Notes: generated by a model from the letters alone, not told the origin. Counted from the stretch's first letter, positions 1 through 12,444 are shown. The stretch: DNA of 64,000 nt from Lepidodermella squamata (GCA_047495785.1 JBLDXI010000033.1:1674001-1738000); one strand, 5' to 3'. Numbers and translations are program-made.

Positions 1-642
1 GATCGTCAATTCCATATTGACGACGCGAATTCCCGTGAGTTCCAGATTTTCGAACCAGAAAACCAGCAATCGCTGCGAGAAGTCGAAATTTCGATCTCAG
101 GAACCGGCAATTTGCTGGTTCAGCTTTCGTCTCGCTACCACGTTCACACGGCTAATTCGAAAATTCTGGACTCGGGCGACTTCGAAACCAAGACTTCTTC
201 ACTTGACGTCGCGAATGATTTCTCATTAGCGCCCAAAGTTTGCATCAGGTATTTTTTAATTTTTTAATTACCTATTAATTAGTGATTTTACTCGAATTAC
301 AGTGCCTTGACTGATCGAGCTGAGCAGGGTGGCATGGTTCTGCTCGAACTGGAATTACCGACCGGCTACATCTCCGATCAATCTGATACCAAGTCAGTTA
401 ATCAGGCTGAATCCTTGCTGAAGCTGATCGAATTTCCAACCGAGCCTAAACAACGCAAGATTGTGTTCTACTTCAACAAATTGGAGAAAAATCGCGAGGT
501 TTGCGTGATTGCTGTCATGCGATCGGTTGCTAAAACTGGCGACGTAAAGCCGGCAATTGCTCGAGTTTACGCCTACTACTCGCCCAATGTCATGTTCAAA
601 ACGACGGATTACACCCCGATTTGGACCAGCGTCACCGCGTAG
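1..642 (+). CDS. 3' end of thioester-containing protein (TEP/CD109/alpha-2-macroglobulin family), receptor-binding domain; exons <1-248 and 303-642
   Basis: Frame from base 1 reads ...EVEISISGTGNLLVQLSSRYHV...KVCI; GT-AG intron 249-302 joins in frame to GMVLLELELPTGY...KIVFYFNKL...GDVKPAIARVYAYYSP, typical A2M receptor-binding-domain motifs; AATAAA near 763. Confidence 0.88.
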
Positions 643-2136
643 AACAATCTAATACATAGTGACTCTCTTTGAGTTCGACTCATCTTTTAATTTTCATGAA
701 CTTGAATGATTGATATCTTGAACTTAATTTCACTTCAAAAATGTTATGAACAGATCGTTTCAAATAAAGAATTCAGCTTGAAGGCTGGCTCATCCGAAAA
801 TGTAATGATTTTTAACGAGTTTCAACGATTTTGAGGCGCAGACATTCATCGGCTGGCCTGTGAAATGCTAAGGTTTCAAGCTGGACCTTGAGGTCGAAGT
901 CGAGGTCGAGGTCGAAATGTTACTGATCAAAGGTCCTGGCAGGGCCTTTTTGGAAAAATTGAGAATTGAGAATAAAGAACTGTTTCGACCTCCGAATTTC
1001 TCGTTATTTGAAAAAAATACAAATGCTCAAAATACCGCTCATCTACTTCATCCACAGGTGAGCTTAGTAAATATTTGACGCTGTTTATTAAACTGATCGC
1101 TCATCGTGGTTTCGATGTTTACCAATCCATAAAAACTGTGAGATTAAATCGATCAGGCACTGCTCCGCCAATTGTCATACCTTCGCATCAGTTGTATTGA
1201 ATGAAAAGTGAACACGCCGCATTCATCCATGCAATTTTTTTGAAATTTATGAAAAATATTCCGACCTTGCAACAACCACGACGCTAAGTCCTAATAGCTT
1301 TAACAGTAAAATCGAACAGTGCCGTTATCGATTTTGCTCTGTTGACAATTAATTAGAGAATCATTGATTTAAGGCTAATAGTTGGAAGCAGGAATCGCAC
1401 CTTTCCCAACTTGTAACTTCAAGTAAATTTTGGTGCTGGTTCTGAGTCATCCTCATCGAAGTTTCTAATACATTTTCCCGACTATCTCGGACTAATCACG
1501 TGATTTTTCTAGATTCCTCAGAATGTCGTCACGAAAATATATGTAGCATTATTATTTAAATCAATTACTAATACTTATAGCCATGCTCATTATGCCCTTG
1601 TAATCTTGTAATGCATTTTTAATATTATTTTTCTACCTCATCGTCTCTCGTCATCGTATTCTTCAAGGAAATAACGCTATAATATGAAGAGAAAGGACTG
1701 TGTAGCAAAAAATTACGACTCCCAAGAGTCAGGCTCCTCGTCTATTCATCTATAAATATTTTATGCAGATTAGTTTTCTATACTCGAGCGAAAAAAAACG
1801 AAACAATAATTGAATGATTTTCCGCATCGCCGGCGCTGCTCGCCGTATACTTGCGACATAGCGGCGCCTTATTCGGCACTGCGCCGGCCGCATTATTCCG
1901 GAAAACCGCTGTGTGAGAGAATCGAATGTATCGGGCGCGAAATAAAGGCGTGACAACGAATCGATAGCGGCATTTCATTTGTTGAAAAAACAGCGCAGAT
2001 TCTTTACATGCATTTTCCGACTCATCACATGACAGAAAAGTTCAGACTCATCCCATATACCACATATTCGATTTTGGAAGACTAAGCTCGTATTTTCTAT
2101 CACCGCTCTATAGGCTTATTTCAAGTTAATTTTATA

Positions 2137-3222
2137 ATGGCGGACGGAACTTGCTGGGCTGCCGGGAAGAAATCGTCAGCCCCGATAACTTACCCTCCAT
2201 TCGCAGATCATAACCGCTCATTAATGCGCAAACACCTCAGCCCAGAGCTGTTCGAGCAATTAAAGGACAAAATGACGTCAAAGGGCACAACACTTCGCGA
2301 CATTTGCGTCACCGGGGTCGTTAACCAGCATTCATTGGTTGGCATCTACATGGGCGATGAAGAGTGCTACCATGCTTACAAGCCTTTGTACGACCGGATT
2401 ATTGAAGATTACCATGCGCCTTATAAGGTGGCTGATACGCATGTGACAGATTTCAACCCAAGCCATTTGAAGGTCACTAACCCAGATCCGGAGGGGAAAT
2501 TCATCAGATCAACCCGAATTCGGGTAGCTAGAAACCTAAAAGGTTTCGGCCTGGCTTTAACCCTGACGACCGAAGAACGCCTTGATATCGAGAGGAGTGT
2601 CGTTACAGTTCTAGAATCTCTCGGCGGTGAATTCAAGGGCAAATACTGCCCATTGAAAGGAATGGATGAAGAAACTCGGAAGCAGCTGGTCGCAGATCAT
2701 TTCCTGTTCAAGAAAGAAGACAACTTCAAGGCATCGGCCGGTATTCTAGACGACTGGCCTGAGGGTCGAGGTATTTTTTTCAATGATAACAAAACCTTCT
2801 TAGTCTGGATCAACGAGGGCGATCACGTCAGGATCATCTCAATGCAACCTGGTGGTGACATTGAGGCGGTTTTCACCCGCCTGGCGACCGCGGTTAACGA
2901 GCTTAGCTCAAAGCTAGGTTTCCAGACTAATCAGCATCTTGGAAACCTGACTTCATGCCCGAGCAATCTCGGAACAGGAATGCGGGCTTCAGTTCACGTC
3001 AAGATCCCACACGCCAGTCAACACCCTGATTTTCAGTCTGTTCTAGACAAGTACCACATTCAAGCTCGGGGTATTGATGGCGAACACTCGGAGTCGAAAG
3101 ACGGAATCTACGACATTTCCAACCTACGCCGCCTTGGCCAATCAGAGGTTCAATGCGTCCAGGATATGTACGACGGCGTGACTAAGCTGCTCGAGATGGA
3201 AAAATCGCTTGTCTCGGCTTGA
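2137..3222 (+). CDS. Phosphagen (arginine kinase-like) kinase paralogue A, divergent active site
   Basis: Intronless 361 aa; STRIRVARN, WPEGRGIF, CPSNLGTG, RGIDGEH motifs; NEGDH instead of NEED(H/Q); HSLVGIY instead of DSGVGVY. Confidence 0.93.
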   Translation: MADGTCWAAGKKSSAPITYPPFADHNRSLMRKHLSPELFEQLKDKMTSKGTTLRDICVTGVVNQHSLVGIYMGDEECYHAYKPLYDRIIEDYHAPYKVADTHVTDFNPSHLKVTNPDPEGKFIRSTRIRVARNLKGFGLALTLTTEERLDIERSVVTVLESLGGEFKGKYCPLKGMDEETRKQLVADHFLFKKEDNFKASAGILDDWPEGRGIFFNDNKTFLVWINEGDHVRIISMQPGGDIEAVFTRLATAVNELSSKLGFQTNQHLGNLTSCPSNLGTGMRASVHVKIPHASQHPDFQSVLDKYHIQARGIDGEHSESKDGIYDISNLRRLGQSEVQCVQDMYDGVTKLLEMEKSLVSA

Positions 3223-3589
3223 AAAATTGAACCGGTTACCAGGAGGGAAGCCAGACATTGTATGCATTCTTGGTAAAAAAAATTACCTGTTGTTTTATAT
3301 GTTTGAAAATTTAAACTATTTTTATAACCAAATAATATATTTATTAATTCTTTCTACTATCATATTAAAATGATTAATTATTTTGTAACTCACATAATTG
3401 TGCCGTGAAATAGTGCAATATTTTAAACTGCCGTATCAATGGCCACATTGCTTTAGAGATCAAAATATGAGAAGTATTATTTTCTTATGACTCGCGCACT
3501 CGGTTTGAGAATAAAATTTCCTGTCGCAGTTTTGAAGTGATTATCCAAAAAGATACTGCTGCCTTTTGGTTGTTTATTTTTAATTAATT

Positions 3590-3980
3590 AGCGACAGGAC
3601 GCAAGGTATTGTACAATGTGATTCAGAAAGGGCGCCAGACCGGGCGCATCCTAAACAGGCGCGTGTTCGACATGGACACAGAAAAATTGACTTGGGTTTA
3701 TCAGTCTTGAATGAACTCGTTTCAGCCTCGTTCATTTTGACGTTTTTCATGGCGATTTACGCTTATTATGCCGATCACGCCGATTATGAGCATCGACTTG
3801 ACCACGCCAATTTAGTCGAAAAAGCTTGCCGTAACCATTCGAATTCGAGCATAAATTTAGGCTCTTCCAAGTTTTTCTAGGAGTATTGGCAGCAGCAGGG
3901 ACTGGGGACGTATTTAGTGAGTTTGGCGACCACAGTTTTAGGCATATTTACTCATAGATTTACTACCAGCATATGAAAAG
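3590..3980 (+). other. Possible small spliced membrane-protein gene or remnant
   Basis: Open frame through a hydrophobic stretch (LVSASFILTFFMAIYAYY); plausible GT-AG introns at ~3830-3880 and ~3917-3957 give ...EKACRVLAAAGTGDVFNLLPAYE; start and end not resolved. Confidence 0.25.
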
Positions 3981-6144
3981 TAATTTCCCTAAAGTAAAAC
4001 TGAACCAAAAACTGCCATGTTCTTCTACTTTTTACACCAAAATTCTTCTGCTCTAATATGCCTATGATTTAATGTCGATCTCGAGGAAGTAGTGGTATGT
4101 ATTCTTTTTTCAGATTTGTTAGATAAATGCTCGTCTTTTCTAAACTAAATTTCGACGACACATGCACGCGCCGACTCGAAAAAAAGAAAAAGGCGAAGAC
4201 CCTGCTCATGGTATTCGGGTGGCCTTTCCGAAATACTTTTTGAATTTTGTAATTTTAATAATTTTTTTATCAATCATTTCGGCAGTGCGGTCTTGGCATG
4301 GGATTTTACGAATTCGTTGAACGAACAAAACGTTGGTCTTATGGCACTTCAACCTTGCCTTCAACGTTAGAAACATGCATTTTCAGAAGCGAAAGCAGCA
4401 ATTTCAAGCCCCATTTTGTCTCAAATAAGATAGAATCTAAATTATTTTTTCTAAGCCGGTAGTTACTAGCGATTAAGGCGAATTAAAAGCATAATTAGCC
4501 TCGATTTTTTATTATCTGACGGCAGATTCTTGCCTTGTAGACTAATTCAGGATGTTACTTTCAGGGCGTATTGTTTTGTAAAGACATGGTATTGATCTAT
4601 ATACTGACGTCAACCTAAGCCTGTATATTATACCGAAATCAGTTGAACTGGCTTTATAGCTAAACAAATGCATCTGATACCAATTAATTTCAGCTTCATT
4701 ACAATTATTCGTCTCTCACCTGCAGATACAGTTGTGGGCGAGCGGCGGCCCACAAAAAGCAGTGAGTCGAAATAATAATAATAATACTATCGTAAAACTG
4801 GGAGATATTTCCGCGTATGATGGGCGCGGCTAGTTATAGTATAATATAACGAGGCCGCGCGCGCGCTACCTGTTGCGCATCACGGCGCACAGCGCAGACA
4901 CGCCTGGCGCGCAAAGCGCATTATTGCTCATGATAGCGCGGGAATATAATAGTAATAATCACCCACTAATATTATTATTATTATCATCATTCTGCCACGC
5001 ATTTGACGTTTAGCTGTTTGCTGCAGCGGCACGCGCCGGCGTGTTAAATCACCACATCATAATCGAGTACCAGCATATGCATATCCTATCTACACTCAAT
5101 CGTATTTGGCGGCAATTCACCGCGCTCAACGTCTGTTTTATATTTCACTTTTATTACCGCATTATGCAACGGGCGAGGCGGCGGCGGCCTGGCGCCCGAC
5201 ACCAATAGCCTATACCTTTCATTTTTATAAATCGCATATATATTGGTAAACCGCAGCAAGTGTATACCTCGATATCACACGTGATTTCAAAACGCAAAAT
5301 ATATGCGTATGAACCAGTTTCAATCTTGAAAAACTCATTTTCACCTGTTATTATTGCTCATTTTGGCCTCGCAGATTTGCATTGCCGGCGGTTGTTTTTA
5401 TGCCTTCGAATATGATGCGCCTCATTAATTTCTCTTACCGACTTTTTTTACTTGAAATCAGGTCAGCTAGGTATTTCACGTTGCTGGCTTTTCTTCGTCG
5501 AATAATACCATTTTACTAAATGAAACACGCCTTATCCAAGCCAGAAAGAAAATTGGAAAAAATCCTTAGTTCTAGAACATTTATTAGTGCTATTAGTCAC
5601 CCCTTTTGTGTGACGCAACAGAAAAAATACTTAACGATCTTTCAATTTCGAAATTTGTAAACCATGGCGAAATGAATTTGTTTTCCCGTTTTCGCTTTAG
5701 TATTCAGTTTCCGCTACACTGCGGCAAATGACGATGTACACTGTTTAAACACCTGCACAGTATCAAGTGAGAAAAGCGAGAAAATGCTTCACAAATCACA
5801 AATTTAATAAGCCAAGATTTCATTAAGCCAGGCGGTAAATCGTCCGTTTTTCATAACACGGGGTGGTCAGACTTGACAGGTCAAGAATTTGTTCTGACAA
5901 GATACTAGCCTTATCTACAACTATACGAAGTCCGGAAATTGATAAGATCGGAAAAAATTAGAGCAAGGTTAACCAATGTTCTACTTTGCTTTGTTTTATA
6001 TATACTGAAATGATATATAGTATTACCCTGTAGTATCCACTTCCGCTGTCTCAATTAGCTCTTATTCCGATTCTCATCTCTTATATCTGCTGCGAAATAG
6101 CGTTAATCGATTTCGTGTTTCAGTTTTTTGTAATAGATTCCTAT

Positions 6145-7193
6145 ATGCAATCAGAAACCGATTTATCATTCCCAGTTTGGGAAAGTTACTGTGATTCCTT
6201 ACTTCGAAAATATCTAACCAAGGACCTTTTCGAGCGGCTTAAGCATGTGAAATCATCGCAGAACTTCACGTTAGCTCAGGCTATAAATCCAGGCGTTAAA
6301 TTTCAGCAATGCAAGGCCGGCATTTTTCTTGGCGATGAAGACTGTTACCGAATTTTCATTCAACTCATCAGGCCTATTGTCGAGGAATTTCATCAACCTG
6401 CAAACATCGACGATTTGCAACCTATTGATTTCGATGCCAGTCGCCTGAGAATTGACGATTTAGATCCATCTCGAAATTACATCATTTCAACGAGATGTCG
6501 AGTTGCAAGAAATTTGAAGGGATATGCGTTAAATCCTGGCATTAATCGAGGTGAAAGGTTGGACGTCGAGCGTAAGATTGTATAACCCCTAAAGGACTAG
6601 ACGGTGAACTGTCCGGTGACTATTTTCGAATATCTGACTTGGACGAGTCTCTTAAGGAGAAACTAGTCAGAGAACATTATCTTTTTAACTGCAACAGTAA
6701 ATTCCTGGAGGCAGGCGGGGTAATGCGCGATTGGCCTGAAGGTCGAGGAATCTTCTTCAACAAAGAGAGAACACTTGTTGCATGGGTCAACGAAGAAGAT
6801 CAGCTTAGATTGATTTCCATGGATCAAGGTGGCGATATTGCGAGAATTTTCGCACGATTATCGGCAGCGGTAATACAACTCGAGGCTAAACTGGACTTTC
6901 TATTCGACCCTCATCTAGGCTACTTGACTTCATGCACGACAAATCTCGGGTCGACTGTGCGAGCTTCCGTGCATATTCGCCTTCCCAAGGCTGCTAAACA
7001 CCCTGAGTTTGAGGCTTTGCTGAGCCGATTCCAGTTGCAAGCCCGTGGTCTTGATGGCGAGTTTTCGAGTGGCTCGTCTTATGGCGTAATGGACATTTCC
7101 TTCAAGCGGCGTGTTGGCATATCCGAGGTCGATTGTGTCAACCTGATGTGCGATGGCGTAAAAAAATTAATTGAGCTCGAGCAATCGGTGTGA
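6145..7193 (+). pseudogene. Phosphagen kinase paralogue B, disrupted by a 1-nt deficit with TAA at 6583-6585
   Basis: ORFs 6115-6585 and 6639-7193 are the two halves of one kinase; only 8 nt (taacccct) lie where paralogue C has 3 codons; the second frame reads KGLDGELSGDYF from 6591. Confidence 0.8.
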
Positions 7194-7347
7194 AAATGAC
7201 GGCAATCGGTTCGAAAACTTGAAAATTCCTCCTTAATAACATGATGATTTTTCTTTAATTTACTTTGATTATTAACTCGATTTTTCACCTTCTTTCTTTC
7301 TTATAGATCTTATTTATTGATTTGTTGCCAAGATCTGAATTTTGACT

Positions 7348-8445
7348 ATGGGCTGCGCCAATAGCAAGACAAGTGATAGCGTGTCTAAGGGAGCCTTGAC
7401 CTATCCTAAATGGGAGGAATCTAACCACTCTCTCCTCCGCAAATACCTGACCGAAGAAGTCTTCAACGAGTTGAAGGACAAAAAATCGTCCCGCGGGGTC
7501 ACCCTGAAAGATATCATCAATTCAGGAGTTGTCAACCAAGATTCCGGCGTTGGCGTCTACGTCGGCGATGAGGAGTGCTACACGCTTTTCGGGCCTCTTA
7601 TCAACCCTGTTGTCGAAGATTACCACAAGCCGTACAAAGTGAGCGAGACTCATCCGGCTGATTTCGACCCAAGCCACCTCAAGGCGCCTAACCCTGATCC
7701 GTTTGGAAAGTACGTCAACTCAACTCGTATCCGAGTCGCCAGAAATCTCAAGGGCTACGGCCTGACCCCGACCTTGACGAAACAAGAACGGCTGGATGTC
7801 GAGAAGAAGGTTGTAGCAGTTCTGGAATCTCTTGGCGGTGAATTAAAGGGCAAGTACTACCCGTTGAAGGGCATGGACGAGGAGACGCGGAAGAAGCTGG
7901 TTGAGGACCACTTCCTGTTCAAAAAGGGTGACCGTTTCTTGGAGGCTGCTGGCATCAACCACGAATGGCCGGAAGGTCGTGGCATTTTCCACAATGACGA
8001 CAAGACCTTCTTGGTCTGGGTCAACGAGGAAGATCAACTGCGCATCATCTCAATGCAACCTGGCGGCGATATTGAAGCTGTTTTCAAGCGTCTGGCTACT
8101 GCTGTCAACGAGCTGAGCTCCAAACTTGGCTTCCAATTCAATGACCACCTCGGCTACCTCTCCTCCTGCCCGACCAATCTTGGAACCGGCATGCGAGCCT
8201 CCGTGCACGTGAAAATCCCCAACGCCTCGAAACATCCTGAATACCAGGCAACTCTTGACAAATATCACATTCAAGCTCGCGGTATCGACGGCGAGCATTC
8301 CGAGTCGAGCGACGGCACTTACGACATCTCGAACAAGCGTCGTCTCGGCCAGTCGGAGGTTCAATGTGTTCAGGACATGTACGAGGGCGTTAAGCGGCTG
8401 CTTGAAATGGAGAAGACGATGGCGGCTTCCGGCTCGAGTAAGTAA
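7348..8445 (+). CDS. Arginine kinase paralogue C with N-terminal MGCANSK acylation motif
   Basis: Canonical AK motifs DSGVGVY, KGDRFL, NEEDQ, CPTNLGTG, GEHSES; MGCxxS(K) fits N-myristoylation plus Cys palmitoylation. Confidence 0.95.
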   Translation: MGCANSKTSDSVSKGALTYPKWEESNHSLLRKYLTEEVFNELKDKKSSRGVTLKDIINSGVVNQDSGVGVYVGDEECYTLFGPLINPVVEDYHKPYKVSETHPADFDPSHLKAPNPDPFGKYVNSTRIRVARNLKGYGLTPTLTKQERLDVEKKVVAVLESLGGELKGKYYPLKGMDEETRKKLVEDHFLFKKGDRFLEAAGINHEWPEGRGIFHNDDKTFLVWVNEEDQLRIISMQPGGDIEAVFKRLATAVNELSSKLGFQFNDHLGYLSSCPTNLGTGMRASVHVKIPNASKHPEYQATLDKYHIQARGIDGEHSESSDGTYDISNKRRLGQSEVQCVQDMYEGVKRLLEMEKTMAASGSSK

Positions 8446-9322
8446 CTTTGAGAGGTGACACGCGGCGAGGGCTACTATATTTGAAAAAACAATCTTGAGT
8501 GATCTGAAAAAAATTTCGATTCATCAAAATCTTCTCGTTCCCGCTATGTTTGACGTGGTTTACATTAGGCCAGAATTTCACTGCCGTTGATTAATTTTTG
8601 GATTTTTTTCTGTTCTCTACCCCTTTGTGTCTAGGACAGTTTAGTAGCTTGCTTTACGTAACGCTGAATAGTAATACGTCTGAAAAGCGCGTTGAGCTTA
8701 CAATTTAGCGTGTCGGGAGGAAATAATGTAAGCGAATGGAATGAGCGTGTTCGCAACTAACATGAATGATGGTGAATGATATTGATATTAATCTCGGAAT
8801 ATACTGGTGCATTATATTCAAACAATTTCTCTGGCCTGAAAATATCTTTTACTTTCGAGTGATTTTCTATTATATTACACTACTTCTTGGAAAAAGCATC
8901 TCTCATTTTTTTGTTTGTGTTTTTGTTGAATTTTTTTTCTTTATTTTATTTTTTTGGTTTTACAACTGAATTGTTTTGAAGCTATATATGTTTGACCCGG
9001 GCGTCACCATACTCATTTTCAATCTCTATCTCTATACACCCTGCCTCTATGTTTGATTTCTCTACTTCAAAATTAATGATTTCAAATATTATATCAATTT
9101 TTTTTGTGTTCTCGACTTCAAAATGAGTATATATTGTAACGGGGAAGAAAATTTAATTGATGCTAATCAACAATAAAACATGAGATGGATCGTTTCGCTT
9201 TCTTTCGAACATTTTCATATATTATTTTGAAACTAACAAATTACATAACATGTAATCAAAGCAGGTTGGCACAATAATTGAAGGCACTAAAATTTTGCAG
9301 TGATTGCGAAGGACATTTTGTG

Positions 9323-10325
9323 TTAGATTTGCTGATGACCACCTCCTCGAATTTTGTGCACGATGAATAGCCAACCATCCTAAATAGTTGAGAAATGTGA
9401 AAAACGCCAAATAATTGTATAGTAAGGTTGCAATACCCGAGCCATGTAAGGTAGGTCCGCCCAGAACGACCGATGCGGGATGCGATCGACACCTTCTCGT
9501 TTCTGCACGAAGGTCATGAATAGGAATCCGCCGATAAAGTAGGTCCCAAGTAGTACGAAAAATCTGAAATTCCCAACAAATCATAAACTCAGATGTTTTG
9601 CCATGAGGCGTTTTACATGATCAAGAGAATAGATCCGCCGCTAAGACCGCCACCGCCGCTACCGCCAGCTCCAATGCATACTTGTTTGCCTCGGATTTCG
9701 GAGAACTTCAAAGGCAAAGTATAAAATTCGGATCTCTTTAAGAATTGCTTATGACCCTTACATAAAGCAAATATCCATCTGGGTCTGTATCGGCTTGATA
9801 TTTATCGGGATTAAATACGATGTCGGTAGTGTTGTCGCAAATTAAGAAAGCAACAGAACGCCTAATTTCGAAGTTATTTTCATCAGTTGGAAAATTAATC
9901 ACTTACACTTTCTGCGTTGCAGAGGTCTGAGTCACCAATGCAAGTCTCATGGTCGGATTTTGAGGCGTGTTTCGCATTTCAAACGTGGTGGTTGCAGGTT
10001 CGCCAATAACCGCGTCGTAGTTTTCACTCCAATCTGCCCATTGGCAAACGCTAGCTTTTTTATAGCAATCGGCATGTTCCGGTTTCGTGTCTAAAGCTGT
10101 GCAGAAGGTGAAGTCATAACTCCAGGTTTTGTCAGGATCGGCGCCTGATAGAATTTCGCCCTTCAGGTGCGAAAGATCAACGGTGCCAGTTCCGTCAGCG
10201 AGATCGCACGAGCAAGATCCTTGCTTGTAATCAGCCGTGCATGCCGAAGCTGCTGCTTCAACTGGCCGGTATGTCAGAGCGATTAAACTCAAGACAACGG
10301 CTAGAATGTGCTTCGGATTCACCAT
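9323..10325 (-). CDS. Single-domain MRH-like (CD-MPR/ATG27-like) type I membrane protein, isolated copy, 5 exons
   Basis: Signal peptide MVNPKHILAVVLSLIAL; C..C.C..DGTGTVDL, YDFTFC, SVCQW, RSVAFLIC, DPDGYLLY; GGLSGGSILLI + TM; tail EGVDRIPHRSFWADLPYMARDGWLF...GGHQQI*, matching the CD-MPR-family IP...FW..LP...DG pattern. Confidence 0.8.
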
Positions 10326-11672
10326 GTAAAAAAAATAGCTCAAAAACCCCAGGAAACAATTATTGTGGACTTTACAACAGCAGCTATGAAGGTCATAGTG
10401 AAGCCGGTGTATGGATATGACTTATCTTGTCTGCGCATTAGAAAGATATCGGCGAGATAATAGCCGTGATTCAACCCGGCGGTCCTGCCTTGTTTTTCGA
10501 CACAATTCTCGCCACTTTATCTTTGCCTTTATTTTTCGCACTCGACCTTGTACAAGAGATAGCGATCGCCGTAGATACATAAACTACCAGTAAACATTTG
10601 CGGAGTTTCATGATTGAATAGGACCTTAATATCCGATCCTTACCCAGCCCGAACATTTTTTACACCAATCAATCGATCATTAACTAGTGAAAAATGGAGC
10701 GTATTTTCTGTATTTTCCAGCATAGCAAAAATGTGTTGAGTTGAAGAGGGACGATCCTTGGTTTCGCTAGATGTTTCTAAACAGCTTTTCATTAGGATTT
10801 TGAATTTTCGAAATTTAGATCTCTAGGAGGCTCCCATCCATCTTAAAAGACGGTAAAACCAAAAAGCGTCGCCAAAGGCTTATCGTCTAAGGATGACGTG
10901 GAAGCATAACCATCATAATTTTGAATGTCTAGCAAGATTCCTCACTTCAGAATACCCCATAATACATAATATCTCGACTGCGCATAAGAAAGAACAATAT
11001 AATTTATTGCACTACGAATTATTTATCAATGCAATGAAAATTCAATTTTTTAAGCTTGCATTTTTTCGAAATTAGCGGATTTCACCCTCGAACTTTTTAA
11101 GCAATTTTCTCAGCAACCCTGACGACTGACGACTATCCACCTCTTTTTTATATCGCCCGACTCCTTGTTCATTGATTATGAAAGTGGCACCAAAATCTCA
11201 CAATGTGAACAATTTCCCAAACCCCACTTTTCACTTGTTAACGGTCAATTAAATTTTTAATGAAATTATTTAGAGTCCACGTCACCAGGGTGAATTTTCA
11301 CGCTTTGGATTCGTCATTCAATCGTTGATATATTGTTGGTTATTGGTAGACATTTTTGCCAATTTTTTCAGACATTTTTAATTTGCAGACAAAATTATTG
11401 ATCTGTTTGTATTCGCGATCGAATCGCGTGCAATTTACTGAAAAAATCTTACAAATTTCTCTCATATTATGAGATGTTAACAGGTTTTTCTTGATTCGAG
11501 TGGCCGAACGAACCGAATGATAAATGACAAGAGGTCTTTTTATTGGTTATAGCCTCAGGATCCGTGGATTTGCGATTTTCGACAGCTTTTGCCCACGAAT
11601 TCATGATTGTTTTGACAATTAATTTATTACTTTTTGTTTTCAAGCCTTTGAGATATTATATAAGATAACGTA

Positions 11673-12444
11673 ATGATGGCGGACCAACATGCGCCAGGGA
11701 CTATAACCTGCAAAGCAGCCGTGGCGTGGGAGCCCAACAAACCGCTGTCAATCGAGACAATCCAAGTTGCTCCACCGAAAAAAGGCGAAGTTCGCATCAA
11801 GGTGATGTCAACAGCTATTTGCCACACCGATGTTATCGTCCTCGATGGAAAGCCCATAGCACGGGGCGAGCTCAAATTTCCAATAATTCTTGGCCATGAA
11901 GCCGCTGGAATTGTCGAGAGTATCGGCGACGGTGTTACTTCAGTTTCGGTCGGCGATGTTGTGATCCCAATGCCACTGTGCCAGTGTTACGAATGCCCGC
12001 CTTGTAAGAACTCGGTGTCGAACATGTGTACAGCCAATGGTGAAAGCCGTGGGGCTGGATTTATGACCGACTTCACGAGTAGATTTACCTGCAATGGCAA
12101 GGTGCTGTACCACTTTCTAGGCTGTAGTACCTTCTCAGAATACACCGTGGTCTCCGAGTTATGCCTTTGTAAAATCAACCCAGAATCGCCTTTGGATATT
12201 GCTGCGTTACTTGGATGCGGTTTCCCGAGTGGCTACGGCGCAGCGGTTCAAGCTGCCAGGGTTTTTAGGTAGGTACAAGGTTCGCGATGAAATTCCGAAG
12301 TTAATGGACGAATACTTGGCCGGAAACCTTCCTCTTCAAGAGCTCATCAGCCACAGAATGGACTTCAGCCAAATAAACGAAGCTGTTGATCTGTCCCGAA
12401 AGGGTATTAGCATCCGAACTGCTGTTAAAATTCACGAAATTTAG
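11673..12444 (+). pseudogene. Zn-dependent ADH (class III-derived) with the NAD-binding domain deleted and a frameshift
   Basis: GYGAAVQAARV runs directly (~12260) into FLGRYKVRDEIPKLMDEYLAG in another frame; ~380 nt including GxGxxG missing relative to the intact paralogues. Confidence 0.85.

Noticed and set aside
4730-5200. CpG-rich patches alternating with AAT runs (also ~1820-1960 and 58200-60700)
   Set aside because: Probably regulatory non-coding DNA; no ORF, RNA fold or repeat unit I can support.
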